Source: Octopus vulgaris
Lineage: Eukaryota
DNA: 64,000 nt
NCBI GenBank assembly: GCA_951406725.2
Contig: OX597815.1
Coordinates: 87,358,001 to 87,422,000, forward strand
Direction: 5' to 3'
Part shown: one piece after another, positions 42,590 to 54,270 of the stretch
Layout: every line of letters begins with the position of its first letter
How positions within the stretch are numbered: the stretch's first letter is position 1
Made by a program: the position numbers and the translations under genes
Notes under the pieces: generated by a model
What the model saw: only the letters and a program-made list of their open reading frames with translations
Databases searched by the model: none
Told to the model about the DNA's origin: nothing

Positions 42590-43090
42590 GTGGTGGACAC
42601 AGGCATGGTTAAAAAATAAAGAATTTCGATTCATAATTGAGGTCTTGTGTTCTATCCCACTGTATGGTACCTCTGGAAATATTTCTTGCCATAACTTAAA
42701 ACTATCCCAAACCTTGTGTGGAAAACTGTGTGGTGTGACTGTGTGGTAAAAAGTTTGCTTCCCAATCACATGGTTCTGGGTTCAGTTCCATTGTGTGGCA
42801 CCTTGGGAAAGTGCCTTCTTTGTGAGTATATTTGATTGACAGAAACTGAAGGAAGCCCATCATGTGTATGTGTGTGTGTGCATGTGTGTATGCGTGTGTG
42901 TATGTATTTATGTTTGTCTCCCACCACTGCTTGACAACCAGTGTTGGTTTGTTCACATTCCTGTAACTTAGCAGTTTGGCAAGAGACTGGTAGAGTAAGT
43001 ACAATGCTTAAAAATAAGCGTTGGGGTTCAATTTCTTCAAATAAACCCTTCAAGGCAGTGCACCAGCATGGCCACAGTCCAAAGAGGGAA
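42590..43090 (+). mobile_element. tRNA-derived SINE(s) with two head regions
   Basis: Homologous to 37332-37739 (gtgtggtaa...ggttcagttcca...cagaaactgaaggaagccc...catggccacagtc). Confidence 0.75.
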
Positions 43091-44271
43091 ACAAATTTTT
43101 TTAAATTACAAAAACTGAGTGGAAGCCTGTCAAATAGACTGTAATTATAATTGAAAAGGCCAGCCTTGTCACAGACTGTGTCAGGTTGATGCTGCATGCA
43201 AATTAAGTTAAGAATGCAAGTGCTGGTGAAATATGTGTCCCTTTATACCAGGGGGTGGGGAAACTTTTTAGTGCAGCAGGTAAAAATTTCCAAAAAACAA
43301 GGTCTGTGGCCGTATCACAAGTTCTAACTCTTATATCTATGTATAATTCGATATAGTGAGAATTTACAAAAAAACAAAAGACAAAGACAGGTGTGTAAAC
43401 AACAAATGGATATATTAGTTTAATGCTCGACAGAAAGGAACACAGAAATAAATAGGGAGAGAAAATAAAAAAAGGGTTAGTGGCTAGCGATCTATCATGG
43501 TGAATACATTTGATATACATTGATAAAGATAAGTTTAACACATTAGATTAACACATAACATCTTCATTAATGCCACCACTGAATTTAGGACGTTTATATT
43601 ACCTATGAGGTATCCTATATTTTTCAGCTAGAGTGCAGTTGGGTCTCAAGGGTGTGGCATAAATCTAGCAATATGTGTTTTATAGTGAAAATAAAATTTC
43701 CATTCAAATGGCAATTACTGGACGATTTTCTGTTCGAGTCTAACAGCTTTAAGTCATAGTGGAAACGTGACCTACGTCGCAAAAAGGCATACGAGTATTG
43801 TATAAATTTTATAATTGAAAACTTGACTACATTTTGTACATACAAGTATACCAGCCTGTGGGCACAATAAAATGGGCTCACAAGGAGTTCCAGTGATTAA
43901 ACAACTGGAATACTCATTGTTGAAATCGACATATGATGTATGTTAGTTGTCATAAGCATGTATAGGTCTTTCCATATAATTATACATATAAACCTCATCA
44001 TCATTATCGTCATTGCCAGCTTTGTCATCAGCGCCATTTCAACATCTACTTTTTCATCTTTTCTATCTTTTCCATACCTGCATCAGTCAAATAAGATTTG
44101 TCGAAGCAAATTTTCTATGGTTGGATGCTCTTCCTGTTGCCAGCTCTCAGCTGTTTCCAAGCAAGGTAATATTTTCTCCTGGTCTGAACATGTTTTCATG
44201 GGAGATTGCAAACAAACAGTACCTCTTGTATAATGGTGATGTTACGGTAGCATGCAATGTCAAGACAAGAA

Positions 44272-44272
<1 letters not shown>

Positions 44273-44348
<76 letters not shown>

Positions 44349-44375
44349 AAACATACATACATGCATACATACATA
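44273..44375. repeat. (CA)n microsatellite
   Basis: Long perfect CA run. Confidence 0.95.
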
Positions 44376-45479
44376 CTACAAGCTCCTTTTCTGTTTCAGC
44401 CCACCAAATTCACTCACAAGGCTTTGTTTAGCCTAGAGCATTAGAAGACATTTGCCAAAAGTCACATGGTGGAAGCAAACTTGAAATCACTTGATTGTGA
44501 AGCAAATTTCTTCACCACACATCCATGTATCTGTATAAATGCAAAACCGTTTGAGTGTGCAGTTCTGAGCATAGGTGTGCATCTGCTTTACAGTGTAGAG
44601 TGTCTAAATGAGCACATGCATTATTGTTTGCCAAGGCATGCAATTTGTTGGGTTTATATGTATGTAAGCATCTATGTGTGAACACAGTTCTATGTATGTA
44701 TATATATATATATATATATACATGTCTACATAGCCATGCTGTATATGTTTTAATGTAATAATGCATGTGAGTGTGTGTGTGTGTGTGTGCATGTGCACAA
44801 GCATGTGTGTGTGTATTTGTATATCATAATCCTGCTCATAGTCATATGCAAGTATGTGTTCGTATGTATTTGTCTGTATGTATGGGTGTACATGTGTATA
44901 TTCTTTTGTTGGTATTTACCTATAATTACCTATGTAATTCTGGGTGTAGTTTATGTGTGTGTAATTTTATATGTAAGTCGCTATGTAAATCATTTGTTTA
45001 TAAGAACCTGTTTGAGAATTAGGTCAAATGACCACAAAATCACCAGGGTAAAAATATTCACACATTACAACAGATATTTATTTGGTGTTTTACCAGTTTT
45101 GATTATATTTTGAACAACAACAACACTGCAATCACTCTAGAAGCTTTTTATACAAAGAAACTTTTATTTTCTTTCTCTGTATATGAATTTCTTTGTATAT
45201 TTATTTTTTCTTTCTTTACCAAGTTTTTTCCTTATTCTTATTTCTTTTTTTCATTCATTCTCCTTTTCTTTGATTTTCCATTTTCTACACATATCAATGG
45301 AAGATACTATTACACTTTTAAAATACTTTTAAAAACTTAAATGATATGCGTATTTTTATTAAAAAATCATATTTTTCATTTGTGACCTGTGTCATCAACA
45401 ATGTTCACTTGACAAAGTGAATACATTCACATATAACATTAGGGATTGGCATATCTAACTGTTTCTCCTTGTGTATATT

Positions 45480-46150
45480 TCTCTCTCTCTCCCTCTCCTC
45501 TTCTCTGTCTCCTACCTCTCTCTCTCTTTCTCTGTGTGTGTGTGTGTGTGCCTATGTATGTATGTATATTTATATATATATATATATACACATGCATATT
45601 TATATATACATAAACATACATGTACATACATATGTGCACGCACAAAAACACGCACACACACACTCACACACATACACACAAACACACTCACACACACACA
45701 TACACAAACACACACACACACATATATATATTTATAGGTTTGGTAGTACAAACAGGATAGAGAGAACTCAAGACATGAGTATATATATTATATATATTTT
45801 ATTTTTAATCAACAAAAGTTACAAAGTGACTCAGGAGACAAGAGTTTTGTACATACACTGAAGTGATACATACCATGCATGAAACTCTGGCCTCCAGAGT
45901 CAGTATGTAACTTCTTCTGATTAGAAATATAACAAAAAAGAATATATCGTCTATGTATACACACTCACACAAACACACACACACACACACACACATACAT
46001 ACACACACATACATACATACATACATACATACACACACACATACATACATACATACATACATACATACATACATACATACATACATACATACATACATAC
46101 ATACATACATACGTATGTGTGTGTGCATATATATATCCCTCTCTCTCTTT
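45480..46150. repeat. Compound microsatellite field: (CT)n, (TG)n, (TA)n, (CA)n, (TACA)n
   Basis: Visible runs. The ORFs here are artefacts. Confidence 0.9.
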
Positions 46151-46189
46151 CGGAGAGGCACAAGCACCTACACGCACATAATACACACA

Positions 46190-46332
46190 TGGCAGTAACT
46201 TCCACCTACCGAATTCAATCACAAAGCTTCGGTCGGCTCGGGGCTATAGCGGAAGACACCTACCCAAAGTGCCACGCAGTGGGACTGAACCCGAAACCAT
46301 GTACCTAGGAAGCAAGCTCCCTAACCACACAG

Positions 46333-46333
<1 letters not shown>
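46190..46333 (-). mobile_element. tRNA-derived SINE head
   Basis: The reverse complement reads GCTGTGTGGTTAGGGAGCTTGCTTCC...GGTTTCGGGTTCAGTCCCACTGCGTGGCAC, matching the 37332 family. Confidence 0.8.
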
Positions 46334-46372
<39 letters not shown>

Positions 46373-47499
46373 TCAAAAAATGGTGAAAACCTCAGATCAA
46401 CAAGCAAATCAATTGGACCACATCTATAACTTATTATTTAATACAAAACATTACATAATATTTGTGTGACATAACAATTCTTATGGCTATTTCCACTTAC
46501 GGTGCCAGTCAGTGCCTATGAAAGAATTGCGAAAATAATATTCTTCATCTTCACAGGATATTCAAACTAGAACATGGAGCTTCATCAGAGTGAAAATAAA
46601 AGCATCCAAAAATAAACAAAAGGAAGAAGGAATAAGAAAGAAAATATAGCCTAGAGAAGAAGTCTGGAGGCTTAATATATTAAAATCATACAATCTTGCA
46701 TCACACGGTAACTGATACCGATATCTTTCATTAGAGTTGTAATTAAGGAGAGATTATTATTACAAGGAATTAAAGCCTGTTCACTGAGGAATTGTAGGAT
46801 CCCTTACTTGGTTGTTAGACCTGCTAGATATAGCAGCCAAACTTCTCTCAGATCACACATCATCATCTTAAAAAAGATATTCATTAGATGGTATAATCCT
46901 AGATGCTCTCATAAAAAAGATATGGGATGAAATGGTTGTAGTTGTAATGCATTTGACCATAAGTCTGCTTCATTGGGATTGACCTACAGCTGAACAACAG
47001 CAACAACAACAATCAATTTGCCAATTCAAGTCTCAAGTCTCTAGAAGCTTGCCTTGACACAACTAGGTGGTGTTTGCAATATATACTGGCATAAAAATGA
47101 TTTCTAACACTGACCTAAGGTCATAAATGCTTTTAGTTGGGAAAAGAGAATGGGGTTAGTGAATTATGTCAACCCAATCATTCTCAGTACTTAACTAAAA
47201 CTAGCTTAATAATAATATTTTTTTGATTTTCTGCACATTTGTTCCCTTATCATCACTGTTCTTATATTATTGCTGTTTGTTTTTTTTTAATTATTTGTCC
47301 TTTAATTATTTTAATTCATTGTCTTTTGATACAAAGTCTTTACCTCTTTCTTTTTCTCTGTGTGTGTGTTGCCAGTTCGGGAAACTCAAGATCATTACCA
47401 ATGTTTGTGAAATGAAAAAAAAAAAGCTTTAAGCTGGAATAAAAATCATATGATAGAATCAAGAATTAACTTATTGCTTCAGTGTTCACCACATGAGTG

Positions 47500-48010
47500 T
47501 TAACATATAGAAACTTCTCATAAACTGAATACCCCTCATGGACACAAAACCATGTTTCCAAATATCAGGATATACTGAAAGGAAGAGAGAGAGTGGGGGA
47601 AGAATTGAAGAATTTGGTACGTATAGGAACTTGCACTGAGATGCATTGCTTGAGAGTGGTGGAAGAAACATCTACAGAGACAGAAGCCTTGTTGGTTTGA
47701 AATGACCGGAGAGATTTTCATACTTAGTGTGTATGTGTGTATGCCGGTGAATCTAGTAGAGTGGAAAGAGACAGTTTAGGGAAAAGGTTTTTGTAAGTGT
47801 AGAGTGGAGCTGAATGCAAAGTAAGTAACAAATGTGGAGACTTTCTCATATTTGAGGCTTACATAAATGCTACTCACAGAACCATCATGGTTGAGAAGTG
47901 AAAGAAAGAGTTCTACTAAGTTGGTTGAGATCCTTCTTATGAAGAACCAGAATGGTCAGCTGGAGCTTGAGAACTGAAAGTACTTGTGAGTTGTGCAATG
48001 CATGGGAGTA
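47500..48010 (-). mobile_element. CR1/L2-group LINE remnant
   Basis: Minus-strand peptides LLNHDGS...FAFSSTL and a C-terminal-like segment resemble CR1/L2 ORF2. Heavily decayed. Confidence 0.35.
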
Positions 48011-48496
48011 TATGTTTCATAGCTAAAAAATATTTTTTACATAACTTGTAACAAGTTATGTAAGAAACATTGTTTATCTATAAAACATATGTAGTCTTTA
48101 TTTACCATTTCCATTCCTTACATTCTTTGATTTTTATTTGCATATTTAGCAATTTTAGTTGCTAAACTAAGAGTTGTATAATGACTGTCTGCTTATAGAA
48201 ATTTCCATTGATTTCAATATGGCATGAAGTGTATCACATACAATATATAATAAAAAAAACTATTTTTATTATATATTGTCCACCTTTTGTCATCTATACT
48301 AGTTGTGTATATGTCTGAAGCAGGATTCCTATAGCAAGATTCCTACTACTTCCTATAGTAGGATTTTTGGGATCATACTACCCTATAACTGTGTATCATC
48401 ATCATCATCATCCTTCAACGCCCATTTTCTGTGTGTATGTGTGTGTGTGTGTACATATATGAATATAAATATATATACATATATAAATAAAAGTTT

Positions 48497-49498
48497 GAGG
48501 GTAGAAATTAATATTAATTAATTAATATCAATTTAAACCAGTGGCCTTGCCTACTTAAAGAATCCGAAAAAGCAACCACTACACTCACGGAGTGGTTGAC
48601 GTTAGGAAGGGCATCCAGCTGTAGAAACACTGCCAGATCAGACTGGAGCCTGGTGCAGCCTCTTGGCTTCCCAGACCCTGGTCGAACTGTCCAACCTGTG
48701 CTAGCACGGAAAACGGTCATTAAACAATGATGATGATGATGATGATGATATAAGAGGAATAACTACCAAGGTGGATTCCTAATATACTAGAAGACGCCAA
48801 ATCGCCTTACCCCGAATAATGTGTTCTTAAGAAATTTCAGCAAATGCCAGAATGTAAAATGAGCAAGATAAATGACACAATACAAAATTTGGCAATAGGC
48901 TACATACCTAGATTTTGCCATAAACATTCTCAAATGTAAATGTCCATAGTTCATCAGTGCAGCCATTGCATGGAAAACATAATTCACAGAACTAGACACA
49001 AGACATCCTCCCGAAAGAGAATATGTATAAAGTTCTGCCAATTATATTTGAGGATATATTTCAAATGTCTTCACTTTGGCATGCTGAAACCAGAAAGAAC
49101 TCTGCAGTTAATAAATTTCTGCAACAAATTTACCAGTTAGAGAACATGGTTATTTAAAAGTTAGATAATGAGGGTAGAAAATTAATATTAATTAATATCA
49201 ATTTAAACCAACGGCCTAGTATACTTAAAAATTCCAAAGATTAAGAAATTATATTACATACATATATAAGAGGAATAACCACCAAGGTGGATTCCTAATA
49301 TGCTGGAAGAAACACCAAATCACCTTACCAAGAAGAATGTGTTCTCAAGAAATTTCAGCAAATGCTAGAATGTCTCGCTCATTTTACATTCTGGCATTTG
49401 CTGAAATTTCTTGAGAACACATTTTTTGTGGTAAGGTGATTTGATATCTTCTTCTAGCATATTAGGAATTCACCTTGGTGGTTATTCTTCTTATATAT
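48497..49498. mobile_element. Tandem plus inverted repeat complex (Penelope-like terminal repeats?) with an inserted RTE-tail element at ~48560-48748
   Basis: gagggtagaaa.ttaatatta..ttaatatcaatttaaacca occurs at 48497 and 49170. atataagaggaataac.accaaggtggattcctaatat... occurs at 48748 and 49264. An inverted copy lies at 49385-49498. Confidence 0.6.
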
Positions 49499-49513
49499 GT
49501 ATGTATATGTATG

Positions 49514-49559
<46 letters not shown>

Positions 49560-49560
<1 letters not shown>

Positions 49561-49890
49561 TTACATTTTATTTCTCAGAGATCTTTATCTTACTTGTTCT
49601 GGTTAATTCTGTGACAGCAGACAGCAACCTGTTGTCAAAGGTCTCACAATATCTCTTTCCACAAATTATAAGTCATGGTAATTAAGTGTTAAGTTTTGTG
49701 GAAGATACTCAACACCCAAGTACCGATCTCAAAATCCTAGCTGTCCCCAACTGAGTAGTTTTGGGGAGCATGCTCTACCCACATGTCAATTCCAATTTTT
49801 CCACCATATTTCTCAAACTTAGTTGTTAGTGTTCTGAGTGCCCCTAGAATCACTGGGATGACAATTACTTTCTTCATTGCCCATATTTTT
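49560..49890 (-). mobile_element. 3' end of R4/Dong-like LINE (ORF C-terminus and 3' UTR)
   Basis: The minus strand reads IWAMKKVIVIPVILGALRTLTTKFEKY..KIGID...(fs)KTTQLGTARILRSVLGC*, typical of RLE-LINE C-termini. It ends at a (TA)n tract. Confidence 0.75.
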
Positions 49891-49989
49891 ACCATTTTGT
49901 TCTGGCAACCATATAATGATGACCAGGCCTGTGCTGCTCACCCACAGGGCACCTCTTCAGGCAAAAGTCTATTACCTGCAGTTCCATCC

Positions 49990-50400
49990 ATTGTAATGTA
50001 CATTGGGTGTTTTGATTTTTAAGTTGCCAGACCTACTCAGCCAGTGAAGTAGAGTGAACCAATTTAGGATTTTTGAATAAATCAACATGCATTTTAAAGT
50101 ATTTCTTAAAACTGTTGGTCATAGCACCTATGTATTCTCTTGTAGGTGCACTTGACACCTGTAAACAATATTTTTGACAAGATAGTTTTCTTCCAAAGGG
50201 CATTCGAATGTAATTTTGAAATTACAAGTATTAGATGGAGTGGGAGAGCTACTCTGGTAGTAGTGTTGGATATATTCAGAGTTAGCTATGGAAATATTTA
50301 TGGGGGATGTCAAAGAATGATTATAGCTTGAGCAGCTGGTCAGGTTCAAATGATGTTGATTTTGCAGGGATAGAAGAATGATTGGAGGCATACAACACTG
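49990..50400 (-). mobile_element. Penelope-like element GIY-YIG endonuclease fragment
   Basis: CNFKITFECPLEENYLVKNIVYRCQV...EYIG.(fs)MTNSFKKYFKMHVDLFKN...HSTSLAE*VWQLK matches the Penelope CNC..CPL...IVY...YIG pattern. Confidence 0.7.
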
Positions 50401-51149
50401 GGGGTCAAGATTAGTGGAATTTAGAGGTTGACCATTAGGTATTAAAGGATCCTTAGTATTTTACAGTTTAAACTTATTAAATCACACACACACACACGCA
50501 TGTATGTATACCAGTTTATGTGTATATATGTATGTGTTTGTGAATGTATGGATGGTCTGTCTAATTGTCAAACATTTTAAAATCAATCCTTTGATTAAAA
50601 GAATTTTATAAATTTTCATCCCCTTTTGCATATTACACCTAATGTTATAATTATTCTCCTGAACTATTTCATTCAACATACATATAACAAGGGAAATCTA
50701 TGTGGTCACAAGATCTGTTAGAAATAGCAGCCAAATCTCTTTCAAACCATACACTATCCTTTCAGTAAAATAAAGACACATTATAAAATGTCGTCTTGGA
50801 TACATTGCAGGCAAATCAAACAGGGTCGTCTAGGCTGGAACGCCTTTGACCATAAGTAATTTTCCTCACTTTTCTTCTGGTAAATTTACAAAAGTAGTAT
50901 ATGTTACATCTATACTAGGAACAGGTTCTTGATGCCATTTTATTAAAGTTAATTGTATTTATTTATTTATGTTGATTTAAACTTTCGAAAAAATTAGTTT
51001 TAGCTGAATCCAAGGGAGGTAACTCCTGCATGGAAGAACCATAACTTCTTATAACTTGATCTCTTTTTGATTATTCACCCACATGGATAAAAAGAAGGCA
51101 AAGAATACTGTCTCCTCTACTTGGATTAGTTGTTCACGAATCTCAAAAT

Positions 51150-51372
51150 CTCTCGAAACGTTAGCACGCCGGGCGAAATGCGTAGCCATAATTCGTCTGC
51201 CGTTACGTTCTGAGTTCAAATTCCGCCGAGGTCGACTTTGCCTTTCATCCTTTCAGGGTCGATTAAATAAGTACCAGTTACGCACTGGGTTGATATAATC
51301 GACTTAATCCGTTTGTCTGTCCTTGTTTGTCCTCTCTGTATTTAGCCCCTTCTGGGTAGTAAGGAAATAGAT
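51150..51372 (+). mobile_element. SINE (second family)
   Basis: B-box GAGTTCAAATTCC followed by gaggtcgactttgcctttcatcctttc..ggtcgat.aaataagtaccagt. CpG-rich, so probably young. A decayed relative lies at 57395-57605 (-). Confidence 0.75.
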
Positions 51373-51699
51373 ATTTTTTGTTGTATCAGCATTATAATAT
51401 TCTATTTATATGCAGGTAATAAAGGTAAACCACAGCCACCATTACTACTACATATTCATTGATTGAGTTTGAATTCAGAGGCTTTTAATTATAGTGTATG
51501 GGTTCAATCCTTTATTTCACAACTGTGAAATACCAACAGAGGAATATGAACTGTTGACTTTCAATCAATAAGTTTCATAATTACTTATCATAGCCAAGGA
51601 AAATGTCATTGTGGTACTGTATGACTATGTTACAAAACAAACTTTAAAAACAGTAAAATTTAATTTAAGCCTAGTATATTTTTTATTTTATTTTATTTT

Positions 51700-51912
51700 T
51701 TTATTTTATCTAGTTTCAGCTCATGAGCTGTGGCCATGCTGGGGCACCGCCATTTAAATGGTGAAAGAGTACAGCAGGGATCACCACCCCCTGCCGGAGC
51801 CTCATGGAGCTTTTAGGTGTTTTCGCTCAATAAACACACACAACGTCCGGTCTGGGAATCGAAACTGCGATCCTATGACTGCGAGTCCGCTGCCCTAACC
51901 ACTGGGCCACTC
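51700..51912 (-). mobile_element. tRNA-derived SINE
   Basis: The minus strand begins GTGGCCCAGTGGTTAGGGCAGCGGACTCG...GTTTCGATTCCC (A and B boxes). It ends catggccacagctcatgagctgaaactagataaaat plus an A-rich tail. Confidence 0.8.
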
Positions 51913-52619
51913 CAGGATTTTTACTTTTTTTTTTGTTGATGCATGAAAGAAGAAGAATTGACATACCACAGAGGCTTTCTTTCTCACTGATTCATAATTA
52001 AGTCATAATAATGAACATATTGTATAGTGCTCAGATGGTGTATGGTGGTTGTTGTATTAGGTGTGCTGCCACACCTAATGCCATCAAATTTTAAGCAGGG
52101 GTATTGAAGTTTTCCATTAAGATTTGTGATTAAATTAACGAGTAAGGTTAATATTTATAATGAATCTGTCATTTCTGATGGGTGTGCAGCGTATACCTGA
52201 CACACCGAGATATATGCCCTTGATTACAACTCATCAGGAGAAAAGCAAGGACACTAAGAAGCCACAAGTCAAGTAAAAAAGGACCGTTATGATAGCCGAA
52301 AGTGCATGCATAGTAGACAAGATAGTGTTATTCTCTTTACAACTGTTTTTACCCATACTTTTCTGGGCTTGACAAGTCATCTCCAGCACAGCATCTCACC
52401 ACTCGTCACAGCCCTTTGTCTTCATGAAGTTTAGTTGTTGATTGTGGGCATGAGCACCCTAAACTATTAATCCAATCTTACTCCAGCTACATCTGCTTTT
52501 GTTGCTAATTAGATTACCTAGGTAACATAGACTATGAACTACAACTAAGGAGCCTGCATAAGTATTTAAGTTAATTTATTTCATTTGTGCTTTTACTACT
52601 AACTACATCAGTACATCTG

Positions 52620-52970
52620 CCACATACAAAGTTTTTTTTTTCTGCTAGTCTGACTGTAATCCCTCTACACCTCTTGTATGTCAATAGTTTACACTGTCTA
52701 TACCATGGATTTCCAACCAACTTATTTTCTGCATATTGAGCAGTATAATCCTTTCTTCTTTGCTGCTAACTAAAACTTTTGTCCCCTCTAAGTTTACTTT
52801 GAGGCCTCTCAATTCCAGGCTTTGGCTGCCCATTTGGAAATTCTTCTCTAAATCTTTGATAGATTCAGTTATGAAAACTAGGTCATCAGCATACAGAAGT
52901 TCTCATGGACAGCTGGTTTTAAACTTCTCTGTTATGACCTGTAATAAATAAGAGAGGGCTGAGAACTAAA
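52620..52970 (-). mobile_element. RTE LINE reverse-transcriptase fragment
   Basis: LQVITEKFKTSCP*ELLYADDLVFITES...RGLKVNLEGTKVLVS, with YADD at 52882-52893. Confidence 0.85.
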
Positions 52971-53454
52971 GTCATATGATTAATTCAAACCAGATATTAT
53001 TTTGTTTCAAGAGAAAGTGCATTATCTTTGTTTCTGATAAAAGCTGAAGAGCAGTTTCATGAGAGTCTGAGTATTTTTTATTGAAAGCTGGCAAATAAAA
53101 GTGCAGTACTGAGAAAGAAACATGTTTATGGTACAATAAAAACTGAATGTTGATCTTACTACAGTTATATCTAATATATAATAAGTACCATGAATAGCAT
53201 AAAAACCTGAATATTTGTGCCTATGGTCCAGTATCAGTTTTTTTATCATTCTACTTTGCTAATGCTCATTACAGATTATTTCTCAATGGTTTACTTCCTG
53301 TACTGCATGAAGATATAATCATTAAAACTATCTTAAAATACAATATAGTGATAGGATTTAAATCAGAGAATTTATAGGAATCTAATAGAAGCTTTTTTTT
53401 TTCTTTTCAAATTTAAAATATTCATGAAAGTAATTTTTAAAGGGAGAAATAGAA

Positions 53455-53779
53455 CCAAAGCTTGAGCCTCACAGAAGCGATGACAAATGACTGAGACCCT
53501 TGGTGATAAGCTGTGCTTGAGAAGACTTGTCAAGCCAAGAGAAATCATAGTCATGGCCATTGCAGTGTCATGTAAATGGCACCCATGCCAGTGGCATGTA
53601 AAAAGCACCCATTATACCCTCAGAGTGGTTGGCATAAGGAAGAGCATCCAGCCATAGAAACCATCAGCCAAATCAGACTGGAACCTGTTTCAGCCCTCTG
53701 GCTTACCTGTTCCAGTCAAACCAACTAACCCATACCAGCATGGATAGCAGACATTAAACAAGGATGATGATGATGATGA
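53455..53779 (+). mobile_element. SINE/RTE-type 3' tail element
   Basis: Shared tail ending in (GAT)n. Confidence 0.75.
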
Positions 53780-53899
53780 ATTGTTCAAATTTGTTAGATA
53801 CAATTTATTATAAAGGATCCACATGTCCCATCTGCAGGTGTTCCTGGTATCTGAGAGTAAAACAAAACTAGACACTAAACAGAAATACAGCATGTTTCC

Positions 53900-54270
53900 G
53901 GAAAAATGGCACATACATTCAACTGGATACATCAAAGAAACAACAAACCATTCATTAAAATTCAACTCTAATGACAGCCTCGATGTGGCCATGGAAATGA
54001 CTGCAAGCCAGAATCAGGTAGCCCTGATCCATACCATCTTTCATGCTCACAGTAACAGCCCCATCAAATTCTTGGTGTTGTGGGGTTGCCAGTCAGTTTC
54101 TTCCCTTGCAAATGCTTCTTCCTCTTGCCCATTGATGACACAGCCCTCTATATAGGCCTTCAGTTTTTTCCCAACTCTGAACGTGAAACTGGCAATTTCC
54201 AATTCATTGTGGGTGGAATTTAGTGCAATGAACATGACATACCTTTACATTTCTCTGTATCAGATTGGGA
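53900..54270 (-). mobile_element. Degraded Tc1/mariner-like transposase N-terminal remnant
   Basis: EM*RYVMFIALNSTHNELEIASF..RVGKKL..(fs)GKRKKHLQ resembles the HTH region of invertebrate Tc1/mariner transposases. No TIRs seen. Confidence 0.4.

Noticed and set aside
46557-46707. Exon-shaped segment (cttcacag|...CACG|gtaact) on +
   Set aside because: Stop codons in all three frames, so not a coding exon. Non-coding use cannot be judged from sequence alone.
49579-49677. 99-nt AG/GT-bounded open segment encoding a signal-peptide-like IFILLVLVNSVTADSNLLSK... (+)
   Set aside because: It lies antisense within the apparent 3' UTR of the R4/Dong-like LINE fragment (49560-49890). It is most simply a chance exon shape, although exonisation cannot be excluded.
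51845-51912. tRNA gene candidates (also at 37332 and 46260)
   Set aside because: A and B boxes are present but there is no complete cloverleaf, and they continue into SINE bodies.
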